From: Lama guanicoe
Lineage: Eukaryota
Assembly: GCA_013239625.1 (NCBI GenBank)
Contig: MU054391.1
Span: 2,695,130-2,759,129, forward strand
Direction: 5' to 3'
Length of the DNA: 64,000 nt
Both the position numbers and the translations under genes were made by a program. Positions within the stretch are counted from its first letter, which is position 1. Every line of letters begins with the position of its first letter. Of the stretch, positions 11,671-24,700 are shown piece by piece. The notes below the pieces were generated by a model, which saw nothing but the letters and a program-made list of their open reading frames with translations, ran no database searches and had not been told where the DNA came from.

Positions 11671-14600
11671 AAATCATGTACTATTATTGCAAATAAACAT
11701 ACTTATTTTTCACGTTTAAGATAGTGTATTAATTAAATCTCGATCGTTTTCTCTGCAAGACAGAAGTGAGATGACGTCGGCTTAGCACGTGACGTCTGCT
11801 CCTCCTCCCTGTGGCTAGCTCGGTCCTGTTTCGGTGATCCTGCAATGACGAAGGCTGCACTGTCATAGAAAACCTCTAAAAACACCTGCAGTGTCCCTTG
11901 TGCAGTCCTTACAGTTTCCAACAACTGGTTGCCATTTTTCTGTGGTCTGTTTCTAAATAATTAGAATGGCTTTCTGTTAGAATGATCATCATATTCACTG
12001 GAATTTAAAATCATATACATTAATAAGCACTCACTTACCTTTCAATACGTTGGTAAAGTTGAAGTACCCGAGTTCAATTCAGGCAATAAGCGAATCAAAC
12101 GACACTTCAAGTCTTGTCCAGGAACAAGAGCCTAAAGGTAACGTTAGGGAGCATGAACATGAAATGTACCCAAGAGATGGATTTCCTATTTCAGTTGACC
12201 CTACAGTTTATATGTTGTCTGGCTGACAATACTTTTCAGTCAAGCTGATTGCACTGGACCAAATGAGATTCATAAACTAGTGAATAAAAACGTATCTTAC
12301 GGTTCACCTCTATTTTGACATAAAATAATGGAGTTAGAAAATTTCAAGTATGTCTTTTATTTAACTTCCAGCTGTTTCACCTGGTGTGTGAGGTATAAGT
12401 GGAAATCATAAGAATATCCTGAAGGTTGTGTTTCCTGAATAGCTGTTTTTTTTCATATTTTATGTTTCTAAGATTTCCTAGAGTAACTCTGACTTTCAGA
12501 GTATGACAGGACACCCACTTTTCCGAAGCGGACTCCTGGGAGTCAGGCGAAGCCGACTGGCTGCTTCGTCCCGGCAGCCACGCCCCGTGCGTGTCCTGAG
12601 ACGCGCTGGGTTTCTTCTGCTCTGTAAGTGCTTCTCAGAGGGGCGTCGCTCCCCTCGTTGCTGATACGGGAACCAGGTGCACGGAGAACAGTCCAAGATC
12701 CCACCGGAGCCGGTGAGTCTCCTCACACTTTGACGTCCTGTGACTCCAAGTCCCTTACACTTTCTGCTCAGCCGGTGATTTTTCACATCGTGCTCCTGAA
12801 TTTTAAAGATTGCACTTACTGCTCCAGGAGCTGGGGAAGCTGTGAGAGCAGGGCCTGGCAGGGGAGGGGGGCGACCTGGAGGGGGACGGAGCCACCACCC
12901 CACTCCAACCAGTACTGCTTTTCTGCAATCTGTTCTGTAGACTGAACGTCTTAGAATCTTACTTGAAAAAGTGCTCTGGTGCTTAAAAATATTTGAAAAC
13001 AAGTGCTTTAAACCATGCTGTCTCCACGTTCTACCCGCCAACACAGGCTGCGTGAGGAAGGAGGGCAGAAGGATCCGAGGGGATGACAGCAGGACAAGAC
13101 TTCCGCCGTGTCTGGCGTCTTCCTGGGGAGCGTGGCCTCGTCACGATGATCAGCCGCTGCTGCCCCCTGAGCGTCCAGGACCACGTGTGTTGTCAGCTCT
13201 GCCAGGCCAGCTCGTGGCCAAAGGAGCGTATTATACAAGTTAAGGAAGAGCGGGGAAATCAGAGCAGAAGGGACAATCACTTCCCAGCCTCCCAGCCTCC
13301 CGGCCTCAGTGAGCATTTCACAACCTCAGCCAAGCCTGCAGCTCCCAGGTGTGTGCAGGTGGAGGTGCTTCTGTGGAGCATTACAAGTTGCCTCTTCATG
13401 CCTGCAAGGGACTGGGATGGGTTGTTCTGGAGAGAGTCCCCAGGTCACAGTCCAGCAGGACAAAAGGAGGAAACAGAAGAGCCAGGCTGGTGTGACTGTG
13501 ACCGAGTGAAGCCGTGGACCGCTTCAGCCAGCGCCGTCTGGCGTCCTTACCGGACTGATTCTGTACCGTGCTGACTGCCCTTCTAAGCGGCCGCCCAGCA
13601 GAGAAGCAGCTCCCGCCCTTCCTCAAGCTGGCGCTAGCACCTGAGGAGCTCTAAAGGAGAGAGACACTCGGGCTGGACGGGACGGCTGGGTTGACTTTGT
13701 CTTCAGTATGGCAGCCAAGGTGTAAGCCAGTGGTGGTCACTCTGATGTCTCACGAAGGACCAGTAAAAGCTCGCCCTGAAACTAGCATGACTATGAGACT
13801 CTATTGCCTCATTGCTGACAGACATAGCATATAATTACCTGGGTGCATAGGCCACTGTTCCAAAGCCTGCATGAACGATACAGGGGGCGTGCGGTCAAGG
13901 AAACGTCACGATAATAATGTCTTTAACTCTGAACAGCCAGGATCATGGTTCTTCAATGTCCCACAGTCATCAGCATTGACAGGCGGCGTACTGGTAACTT
14001 CTCTGACACACGGACCAGTTAGAAGGAGCGGTTAGCTGTTGAGTGTCTCTCCCTGAGTGGGTTATGTTGGAGAAAAGTTTCGGAGTCGTGGAGCGCTGGG
14101 AACAGGGGGCGTGTGCTGTCATCTTGAGTGCATTTCGTTCCCCGATTTAACCGCCACAGAGTGAGACACCAAGCGTAACCTGGAATGCCACTTCCACGTT
14201 CCCCAGCCCCGCCCTCAGTCCTGCCACCTAAGGACAGGAAGACACGTTTTCAGTTATTCTCTTTGGGAAGTTATTTCTCTTCTCACCATGTCATTCTCAA
14301 TATGCATGCATTTTTAATGCATTTAATAAATAGAAAGAAATAAATGTAAATGTGTACTGTTACACATACTTGAGCTCTGTTAATCTATTTAACAGGAGAG
14401 ATGGTCAAAGAAGTCCAATGTACACGAGAAGGTGAAATCATTAAAAATTAACTCAGAGAAGTAAGTAAAAAACATTTTTTATCTGCAGGTCTGTTCATTG
14501 CAAATATTTTTTCATGATAACTCATTTGAGAATTACTTAAAATAAACTAAAAAAATTAGTTAGATAATTTTTATTAGACCATGAAGAATTGGCTGAAGAA

Positions 14601-17050
14601 TGGGAGCTAGTCAGGCAACACTAGGCTAGAGAAGGGGCTCTTTGGAGCTAATGGTTATCAAACTTCCGTGGATGAACCTTTGCAACCGACAATGTGCTTT
14701 TGATTTTAAGTGTTGGGACAGTGCTAAGACTTAGTCAATAATCATGGCTTCACTAGAAATTTTAAATTACTTTTATATTCAGTAGAAGCTTAACTTATTT
14801 CTTTATATAGTAATATATATTTGATACTTTGCAAAAAAGCTTTTAAAAGTAAGCCAATTTTTTTTGCAACATACGGATAACATTTTTGTTTAGAAAGCTT
14901 TTCAATGCCTAAATTTCTGCTTTCATGATTAGTTTTAGAGAAAATAGACAATGTTACCTTTAATATGAACATTTTTAATCTAACATACAGCTGTATAGTG
15001 TACATGAATAGGTTTGAAGAATTAATTTAAAAATACACCTTTTTTCTTCATTTTGTCGAAAATTTAAAATATATGTTTAGAGCTTGCAGCACTGTTCAGA
15101 TGGGTGTTCTCAATGAGCTTATTTGTCACACTTTCATGGAAAAAAACCCCAAAACTCCTTAAGTGCTATTTCACAGAAAAATGAAAAATTAAGCAAAATA
15201 TCTTTGATGGTAACAGTTCAAAGCTGTTCCTTACGCATGAGCACAAAGATGCAGACTTCAAATGACTGTCGCTTTCCATCCATTTTAAGCAAAGAACTCC
15301 CCACCGGATACAAAACACGTTCACATAAAACAGGTGCTTAGGAATATATTTAGGTGGCTGCAGATTTCCTTGCTCATATTTTCCATTTGGGTATTTAATT
15401 TTCGTAGCAGTATTAGCCTTTAGTTTTAATGCACTGTCAGTGTCTTACTGGCAGTTTTCATATGCTTAAATACAAACCTACATGAAGTCTTTCTATCCAT
15501 TTATAGACAAATGGCCTATAATAGCACTTAGAAAATAACCAAGAGGTATCTGTCAACTAAAAAAAAAAAAACAACCTTTTTCCATGCATCTAATTCCCCA
15601 AATGTCAGAACAGAACCCAGGCAGGCCGGTTTTAAATGTCACAGGTGTGGACGGCGCTGACTTTGGAGCCTTCTGGACCTCACGGAAGTACCTCGTGGTC
15701 TGTTCCGCGTTAACGTGAGAAAATGCGACGGCGTTCTTGAAGCCGTTATGATCTATGGGGTCCACGCGTGTTTCACTGATAAGACAATCTCGCTTATCCT
15801 GCGGTCATGCAGTTCTGCTAGATAAGGCGAGACACCCAAAGCCTGATGAAATATTTAGGAAAGGCCTTCCTCCGGCAAACACGAGCAAGTCTTCCCAGTC
15901 AAACGGCCGAGGCGGTTTTAAAGGTTGAAGCAGGGAAGGCAGGAGACAAACAATGAGAAGGATGAACAAAACCTAGCAAACAGGGCATTTCAGATGAAAG
16001 AAACGGGCAGAATGTTTGCCACGGGATGGTAACCCTGTAACGGCGCGGGCCTCGTGGGGTCACTGAAGCGCATGGCAGCCCGGCCGGCCAGCCCGGGGGG
16101 CGCTGGGTGACAGCAGGGGGCTGTGCGGTACCCCAGCCCCGAGCCTCCACCCTGCGGCTGAGGAACACTCCCAGGGACCCTGAGACTGAGGCAGCGTCAG
16201 AAGCGGGCCCTTCCAAGCCACTGCCTTAGCACAGTCTCTGCCCCTTGGCGAGCCCATCATGGCGAAAACCGCTCCAAAGCAGGGAGGGTCATGAGGCTCC
16301 TCACTAGCTGCGACTCGCCGCGTTGTCTGACGAGAGAGAACCCCGCCACGTCAGTGATCTCTCTGGTCAGAGGCTCTGACATCAAAGACCAGGACGGCGT
16401 CGCTGTGACAGGCAGAGGGCTCAGCCGCAAGGTGCCTGTTGCTTGTTGGAAGAGGAAGCCTGATGCGCCTACAGAGACGGGGTGGTCGTGCCCAGGGCTT
16501 CTGGGCTTCGCAGAAGCAGCACGCTGGTGTCTCCAAAGCGAAGTCACCACCCTAATCGTGCTTTCTGTCTTTCTTCTTGTAAAATGGAGATGGGAGATGC
16601 TCCGACAGCAGGCTCCGGCTTTTTACAGCGAAGCCCGCCTCCCGGGCCACCCTCCCCTCACCGGCTCCTGGGGAGAGAAGGGAGCCCTGCAGGGGGCGTC
16701 CGGGCGCGCTGTCAATGGATCCGCGCACGCTCTCAGTCTCTGTTCAGTGTCCCGTGACAACAAGGTGAGACGGCAGAGGTTATCCCAACAGCTGCTGCCT
16801 AAGCTGCGGATTCCAGGCACTGAGCACCATCTGGCTATACATTCACAGATGTATAGAAAAGCCATCTATCAGCCCGCAGCCCCGCAGCTGCCTCCCCGGC
16901 AGGCCCGCTTCCTTTCTCGGCGCGGAACAATGAAAGCCAGTTCTTCACTTTGTGTCGCACAGAATGGCTGATTTGATTAAGTCCCCAGCTCTCATTATGC
17001 TAGGTAGGGGTGTAGAATTTCAATGATAATCCATAATGCATGACCAGTTT

Positions 17051-17064
17051 GTCACCATGGCAAC
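17051..17064. promoter_or_regulatory. RFX X-box motif GTCACCATGGCAAC
   Basis: Exact fit to the 14-bp RFX consensus GTYRCCATGGYAAC; function not demonstrated. Confidence 0.5.
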
Positions 17065-20000
17065 ATAAATTCAAGGTTACTCGCTCAGACGCATAATTGG
17101 GTGTGCACTGAGTGCAGGAAAAGGGCTGTTAAAATTCTTGTCATAGGAAGGGAGCATCCATCGTACTGTCTGAAACTGCAAAGTACTCATAATCAGACAG
17201 AAAATTCCTTGGAGAAAAATGTTCATAAAATAACTATTACCATCTAATAAAATTATTAAGTTTAACCACTGTGGTTTTTTAAAGTATTTCAGTTAAGAAG
17301 AATGAACTAGACACCTCATTAAACATTGAAGACTTAGCCTGAACCTCCCCCACCGATATTTGCATTGAAATATGGATCTAAAGGATTTGTTGTCTCAGTG
17401 TGATTGATTGATCAAAATAAGCCCCTGATAATAAAATATACCACCACACAGATTTGTTTCATTTTTGTATTTCATACTGAATTTTTCTTAGGTGTAAGAA
17501 TATGCTCTTAATAAAATGCTCTGGGGAAAATGAAATCTACTCCTTGGCTTTAAAATGTTCAAAATTAAATTATGCATGTTATTTGCTGTCTCTCCCAAAG
17601 TGGAGACATGGAAACTAAGGTGGTGACAAGAAAATGAAAAAGAGTCAAAAAGCGACAAGAATATGTTCAGTTATCAGCCCGCCCCGCCATGGGTTCATTT
17701 TGGTATTTATAATTATTCGTAATAGAAATTTTGTTCAAATTGATACAGCTCCTGAAAATCCAATACGAAATAGGATGTGTACTATGTAAAAGGATTTCAT
17801 CTTGGACCAAAATAATTATGGTAATCACTTGTTTTGGTGTCTGCCTTTGCCAATGGAGTAGAACCAGGCGGAGGGTTATAAATGAGCCCTGCATAAATGG
17901 CTGAGAATTAAGCTCCGAGTGTTACTGGAGGGGGCGCAGCACGGCTCATTGAAGATTCCTCCCCATTCTCTTTGATTGAATATAACCCAAGCTTCTCCAT
18001 GTCACTGTCTCTTTGGATTTTAAGTGTGAGATGCTTTGCTCCGTGATGCTATTTACTACGATTTTTCAAAAAAGCATAACGTAGCTTAAATATATGTTCT
18101 TTAACCATGTAACACAGGAGTACATCCATTTTTTAAAATACAAATGTCTTCTTTGTTACTGAGATTCAGCTTTTATTTAAATCCGTTGAAGAAGTGTAAG
18201 ATGCGTTGACTTCAGCGGTAGGAGAATTCCTGCCAAACAGAAGCCGACGTGGCCATACGACCAGGGAGACGGTACGCCTTTGCGTAGACCTCGGAGAAAG
18301 AGGGATCACTTCATCCTGCATTGCTCTCGCACTGTATCTCGTGCTTTCTTCTCCAGCTGCACTCCGGGATATGCACAAAATCCATTATTCTCCTTTGTAT
18401 TAAATCTGCTATCTTATAAAATAGCTAAACTGTTAAGTAGAGGCACAAATAAAACTAATTTTTAGGCAGCTGACATTACGTTGTATATATTGTTTGCCTT
18501 CTAGAATTTCTAGTACTGGCCTCAATTTTCTACAAAGCTGAGTAGGATTAGATGTCGTTTTAAAGTGAATAACAGAGATTTATCCTTTAAATTAAGATCA
18601 CATCCCCAGGATCTTGGCAGTTTTTTTAAAGTCGAAAATAAGAGAAAAGCTAGAATCAAAATCAGAAGACCTAATTGAGAATATAGATGTAATTTCAGAT
18701 TTCTGACATTGTGTTTAATCATACTAATGGCTGTGCTCTTTGGAATTTTTTTTTAAACTGAAGATACTTTGTGTGGTGCAATTTCATCCGCAACATGAAG
18801 AGGTTTTCGTCTGAAAGAGCTCGCTTACAAAAGTCACATCTGGAGGTACATTCAGATCCAACTGCACACATGTAACTCCAATTAGCATTACGGATGCTAA
18901 GGGAAATACAGCCGCCAGCCGGCGGGGGGGAGGGGCGGGGGCCGAAGGAAGGGGCTTGTGTCTCTGATTTAAACACAAGTAACTCTGTGGAGAACACCAG
19001 CATGTGCTCACACGAGCTCCTGCCGTGGAGGGCACTGGCTCTCCGGACAGAATCACATTTCTGACTGGATGTTCAGCGAAGTGCAGCCGTAATCAGGAGC
19101 AAAAACTGAGCTGGGAAACCTAGACCCGAAGGCAATCACTGCAGACTGTCAGGGCGTGAGTCTGACGCGGCTGTGAAAGCCTCTCTTGGACTGAAAGCCT
19201 GATCGTTTGAAGAGCTGGGCTCCAGCAGATTTAAGGGCACGAAGCTGTCTTGATCAGCACTGATACATACTGGTTCAAAACATCCTGTTGGCTATTATTA
19301 AAAATTCTCAATGCCATACACACTCATTATAAGGAGAAAAAACACTTCTAATTAAACTACAAGTGTAACCATCAATAACATAGATTTCATCATAACCAAC
19401 ATTTTTTTTCAGGTACTCCTTAAAAGCATTCATGGCAGTCCATGTTTTCTGTTTCTAGAATTAGAGACATTAGCGATAACGCAGTATGAATTAGTCTTAT
19501 GTTCATTGTGCCTCAAAATTTCCATCAGGTTTCATAAAAAAAAGCAAAACCTAAATTTTCAATTTGAAAGCATGCTATAGTTTCATCATGAGCAAGCTAC
19601 ATTTTGATGTTAGGCAATCATTCCAAGTCTGAAATGATTACGAAATGAGCACATGATACATATCTATGAATAATAATATGTCAAACCTCTGAACAAATTG
19701 TAGGATAGTAAGACAAAGATTCTTCATGTGTGTAAATTAGGAAGGGATTCTAATGATCTCAGCACTGAGAACATAAAAGGTGTCTATCAGCTGAAAACAC
19801 CCACTGCGCACACCCTGGGGTCAGGCCTTCATCCTTCCCTCACCTCCCTTCTGCGTACTGATTCTGCTTTTAGTCACTTCATGCTCTGATGCTTTTCCCC
19901 TTCCTTGGTTAGCTTTGCAAAAGTCAGAAAAACTAACACCAGACACAGGTGGACACATTTGCTCTGAAAACCTGTAAACTGTGTGTGAATTATATTTTTA

Positions 20001-20254
20001 TACCTATGATATGAACTGTTCACACGCTGCTTTCTGTGAGATACGCTTTCGTGTTGTGATATTTAAAAAATTTGGGAAGTCACCGACTACAGCAATTCCA
20101 GAGGTTGTGTTATATTCAAGTTCACATAAAATACACACCCCAGTGTGCGTGCACGTACGAGTGTGTACACAATCTATATACCCACCTGTGTGTAATCTGC
20201 GTAGGTATGCAAGTCTGAGAACATCACTACTTCCACTTTATTCTCATAATGCAC

Positions 20255-20370
20255 ATTTATTCTTTCTTCCAGTTTTATTGAGATATACCTGACACACAGC
20301 GCTGTGCAGGTTTAAGGCGTATGGTGTCCTGATTTGACTTACATCATGAAATGATTCGCATAATAAGTAA
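20255..20370 (-). mobile_element. L1 3' terminal fragment (older, L1MA-like)
   Basis: ttccagttttattgagatata...gtttaaggcgta...gatttgacttacatcatgaaatgatt is the reverse complement of an L1MA-type 3' end. Confidence 0.75.
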
Positions 20371-20431
20371 GAATCGCAGAGTTTTTTTTTTTTTTTTAAG
20401 AAACAAGTACTCACCTTTAATGTGGTTGGTA

Positions 20432-20790
20432 CTTTTTTTTTAATTGAAGTGCAGTTGATTGACAGTGTTAGCTTCAGGTGTCCAGCAAAGTGGTTCAGTT
20501 AGACACACACATGTGTGTGTACATAGATTCTTTTCCAGGTTCATTTCCTTTACAAGTTGTTATAAGGGGTTGAACATAGTTCCCTGTGCTGCACAGCAGG
20601 CCCTTGCTGTTTATCTATTCTATACATAGTAGTTTGTACCTGCTCGTCCCTAACTCCTAATTATTCCTATCCCCAACCCCTTTTCCCCTTTGGTCATCCT
20701 TGTTTGTTTTCTATGTCTGTGAGTCTATTTCCAGTTTGTAAATAAGTTCATTTGTATTATTTCTTTCAATTCCACGTATAATTGATACAT
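20432..20790 (-). mobile_element. Artiodactyl-type L1 3' UTR, 5'-truncated
   Basis: poly(T), then aattgaagt...atagttccctgtgct...ctatgtctgtgagtct; homologous to the copy at 47.1-47.5 kb. Confidence 0.9.
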
Positions 20791-21544
20791 TCTCATGATG
20801 GATATTTACAGTTGCACCTCTCTCTTTGGCTCATTCTGTGGTAATCAGATGCAGAGGTAGGGGCAGCAATCCGAGGACTAGTGCTGCTTCGGACTTGTCT
20901 CCATTTCTTTAAAGATACAACTGAGAACAGGTATGAGCAGTCCCCAACCCTTAAGGGTTTGAGTGACATTCAGCGTGATCTCTTTGATGTGGAACCGGTC
21001 ACGCTGCCTTGGGCAAGACTCCTGGCCCTGGTATTCAACCCAGCTGCTGTGATAAACCCTGTGATTCCCCCTCATAACAACAAAACGCACTTCACTGCCC
21101 TCGTTAAAAAATTGGATGGACAGTCATGCAGACGTGCCCTGACCAGAGATCTGATTTTTTAATTCAATTTTTTTGAAATCACCAAAAAGTACAAACGTAT
21201 GTGATACTCTTAGTAGACCATAATATGGAAATATTAAAAATGCCGATCAATATATATCCAACAAGATCCAATTAGTTGTGTGAAAGCTTAGTAAATCTGC
21301 GAGGAAAAGGAAATGGGCTGGAGAAAGAAGATCTCGGCCACATCTGCTCTGTATCTTCAAACGGCTACCAAACAGTAAAGCTACCACCTAAACCTGTACT
21401 GGATGTAGTTTTCCCCAATGCTGAAAAGTAACTAGTGTCTTGAGGAACATTTGACTCATGGAACTTTTGATCTGAAACGGACTCCAGAAGGTTATCTGCA
21501 CTGGTCACACATCAAACACTTGGACCTATTGTTTTAAAGTGTCC

Positions 21545-21760
21545 AGAACTGACCCTCTAACTTGTACTTGAAAATTTCTAATGGTGAATGACTTACCATT
21601 TCTCAAGGAAAGTCGTGCTTGTTTTCATAGTCACCTGGAATCTTTCTCCCCAACTTTTTGTTAATCAACTCAACTTCTACATCTTGGCACCAGACAGTAA
21701 AACTCGTATATCTCATACTCCACCATCATTCTTATATTTGAGGTAAACACCATCTTCTCA
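21545..21760 (-). mobile_element. CR1/L3 LINE relic
   Basis: cttgaaaatttctaatggtgaatgacttaccatttctcaagg...caacttctacatcttgg...atatttgagg resembles the L3 consensus. Confidence 0.5.
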
Positions 21761-24700
21761 TCTTGAAATGAAAAACAAAATTCTTCAAACCCCCCTCCGT
21801 TGACTTGTAAGTCATACGAATATGTTTTGAGGGTCGGCACATTAAAAACAATGAAGTACAGGACCCTATGTGGAGATGCCTTCATGTCAGACTACACTTA
21901 AATTCACAGTCACGTGACATCTGACACCAGTTCAGGCACCAGATCACCTGTGTCTTCCTGCTGACGTATCCCCTGGATCTGGCAAGCTCTCTACCGGAGC
22001 CCTGGTCTGCTTTCTGTGCTCAGTCAGTGAGGGTGGGGTTTGTAATCAGATCTCCGAGGAACGCTTAGCGCCCATCACGATACGCAGCGTGCACAAGCAT
22101 CCGGTGGATAATAGCAGGTGGATAAAAAGTGACTGAAGGGTGTGACGTTTTACAGCACCACAATCCGTAATCGAAAACGTTTCCACAACATGGCTCTGCC
22201 ATTTCTCCCCGGGCCTCTGCCCCCTCTCTTCTCCACAGCGTCTTCCCACAGCACTGCTATGAGAAAGCTGACCTCAGGACACTTCTCCTATTTGCCATGG
22301 TCCCCGCTCCTCACAGCATCTGATACAAACATGAAGCCAGCGTCTGCAGAGGACTCAGCAGAACAACAGAACTCAGCATTTCCCGGAAGCAGGCAGAGAA
22401 CGGAAGTGTACAAGGGAAGAGAACTCGCCCACTCGGGTGTCCTGTGGTTCTGGAAATGTCTGCAGTCTGTGAAGAGACTTAGCAATCCACTTCGGCCCCA
22501 GCCCATGGACTAGTCTAATGCATCAGACTCACGGTCTTCATCTGAAATGGCTTCTTTCTGTTGGTCACAGCCACGTAAAGCATGTGGTAACTGAGGACCA
22601 GAATAAGTCTTTCAGGTGGTCCCCTGACCCGCTCCACATCCAAGGTCAACCAGGGCTCAGCTCCCACGTGAGGCGATGGGGGGGCACGGGGGCTCAGCCT
22701 GCAGGAATCCACAGTGAGCCTGCGGAAACAGAATGTAAAGGGCAGCTAGAAGTTGGAGCATCTAAGTGCTGCCATAAACGTAAGCTGCAGAGGGGAAATA
22801 GCAAAGGGCTAGAATTACATCCAGCGTCAAGGAAGGACACAGGAGGAGCCACGGGGCCAGCTGAAGAGGAGCGGGTGGGGAGCTCCAGGCTAAAGAGAAG
22901 GACAAGAACAAAAGTGCAGAAACGTAGAGAACACCTTCCCCCTGGTAGTTAGTTATTAGCAATGGGTTGAGTGTGATCAGGGAACCGGAGGAGCCGGGGA
23001 GCGAGACTGGAAAGGACGGCTTGGGGCCGACATGGAAGACGTCTCCGGACAGAGGGCGTGAGGAGCCAGGAGGCCCCAGGACTGTGGCTGTGGGTGTGCT
23101 TCCCAGCAGGAGGGGGGCCTGGGGAGCGGGCGGCCGGCACAGCCTGCATGAAGGGCAGAAGATGAGGGGTGACGGGGTGCTTCCCGGGTCGTGCAGCAGC
23201 GCCTGCTAAGATCTTATTTCAGAAGCTCTTACGTGAATGTTTCACCCAGTAAGTCTGAAGAGTTTTAAAACTGGAAAAAAGATAGTGCTGACCAAGATGA
23301 CCTCTAAGTTCCCTTCCACTTCCAGCCACCTCGGCGCTGTAGAGACCCGCAGGTGACAGAGCAGCAGTGACTTCCCCGCGTGCGGCGCACCGTCCCGCTG
23401 CCTCACTGGTCTCGTCTCCACGTTGGTTGTACATCTGAGTCTAAGAGCATCATTCTCAGAACTGCAGCTGATGGCATCCTACCCAAAGGCTGTGAATAAG
23501 GAGGGGAATCCAAGTGAAATATTGCCTCTTTTTCATTTGGCTGGTGAAAATCTGCACAACGGACCTCTAGTATTAACATAAAGCGCATATACTCCTGGGA
23601 TTCAAAATGTGGTGCCTCCAGTTTACCCATGTAATTAAAGGGCGCTGGTCTACCAGGTCTACCAGACGCCAGATTAATGGTTTTCTAGTCACTGAAATCC
23701 CCGACAACATGTGGTGTTCTGCAAACAGTTCTGCTGGGGATGGATCGTGGACATAACAATAATTTTATTGCAACACACAGTTGCTGTCAGGTCACGGGGC
23801 AGTGAATTGGTGCAGAGGTAAATGTGGGTTTTCCTTATGAGTTATTAATAGCAGCCTACAAAATTAACGACCATACCTCATGCTAACCTAGCACCTCTCA
23901 AAGCGTGTCATCAGCTTTTTTTTTATCCGATTTGTCCTCACGACCTCCCTCTGAGAAGTGGTTATCACGGACCGGGAGACTGAAGGAAGAGAGCCACGTT
24001 ACCAAGCTGGTCAGCCCCAGGTCCTGTCAGAAGATCCTCTTCCCTGAAGAGCATGCGATGGAAGATACTCTTTGTTTACGCTACACACATTTCTTGACAC
24101 CGTTTGGCCCCCACAAGTGAGTGTATAGATCTGCGTTACTCGTCCTGAGAGAACTTCCCCAGGGATCTCACACGTGAACCTCACAGGAGCTGCCTACAGC
24201 AGAAATCACAGTGTTTACGCAGCTTAGTCCCAAGCAAGCAATTTGTGCCCGCTGCCTTTGCCAAAGGAGCACCATCCTTTCCCACGGAAAGCCCGCGGTG
24301 GCAATGCGGTAGTAAGAGCTCAGTTACTCAGCCCACAGTCTCTGGGCGCCCATGGAGCCGAGGAGGGGCTGTCACGGAAGCGCCATGAAGACCCTGCTGT
24401 GGAGGGAGGGTGCTGTTCCAGTCTGTGCCCTCTGGGCATCAGAAACTGGGCCACAATGGTCAGCTAGTTTTTATTTTTCTCTGTAACAATTCTTGAAATG
24501 ATTCCATTTTTGTTAAGTTTATAATGTGCATAAAAAGGGTTAATTGAGAAGCAAAAATGTCATAATATCCTAAAGAACAAAATCATAAACACATACACTA
24601 TAATGAAAAATATGCAGGAGAGCTCAGGGGTCACTTGGTGTTAGCAGAAAGCAGGTGTTGGTGTCACTTCTAAAAGTTGAATCGAAAATAAGTATTTCAG

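Noticed and set aside
16291..16971. 226-aa ATG-initiated ORF
   Set aside because: No recognisable homology; lies in a GC-rich, stop-poor patch with overlapping ORFs on both strands.
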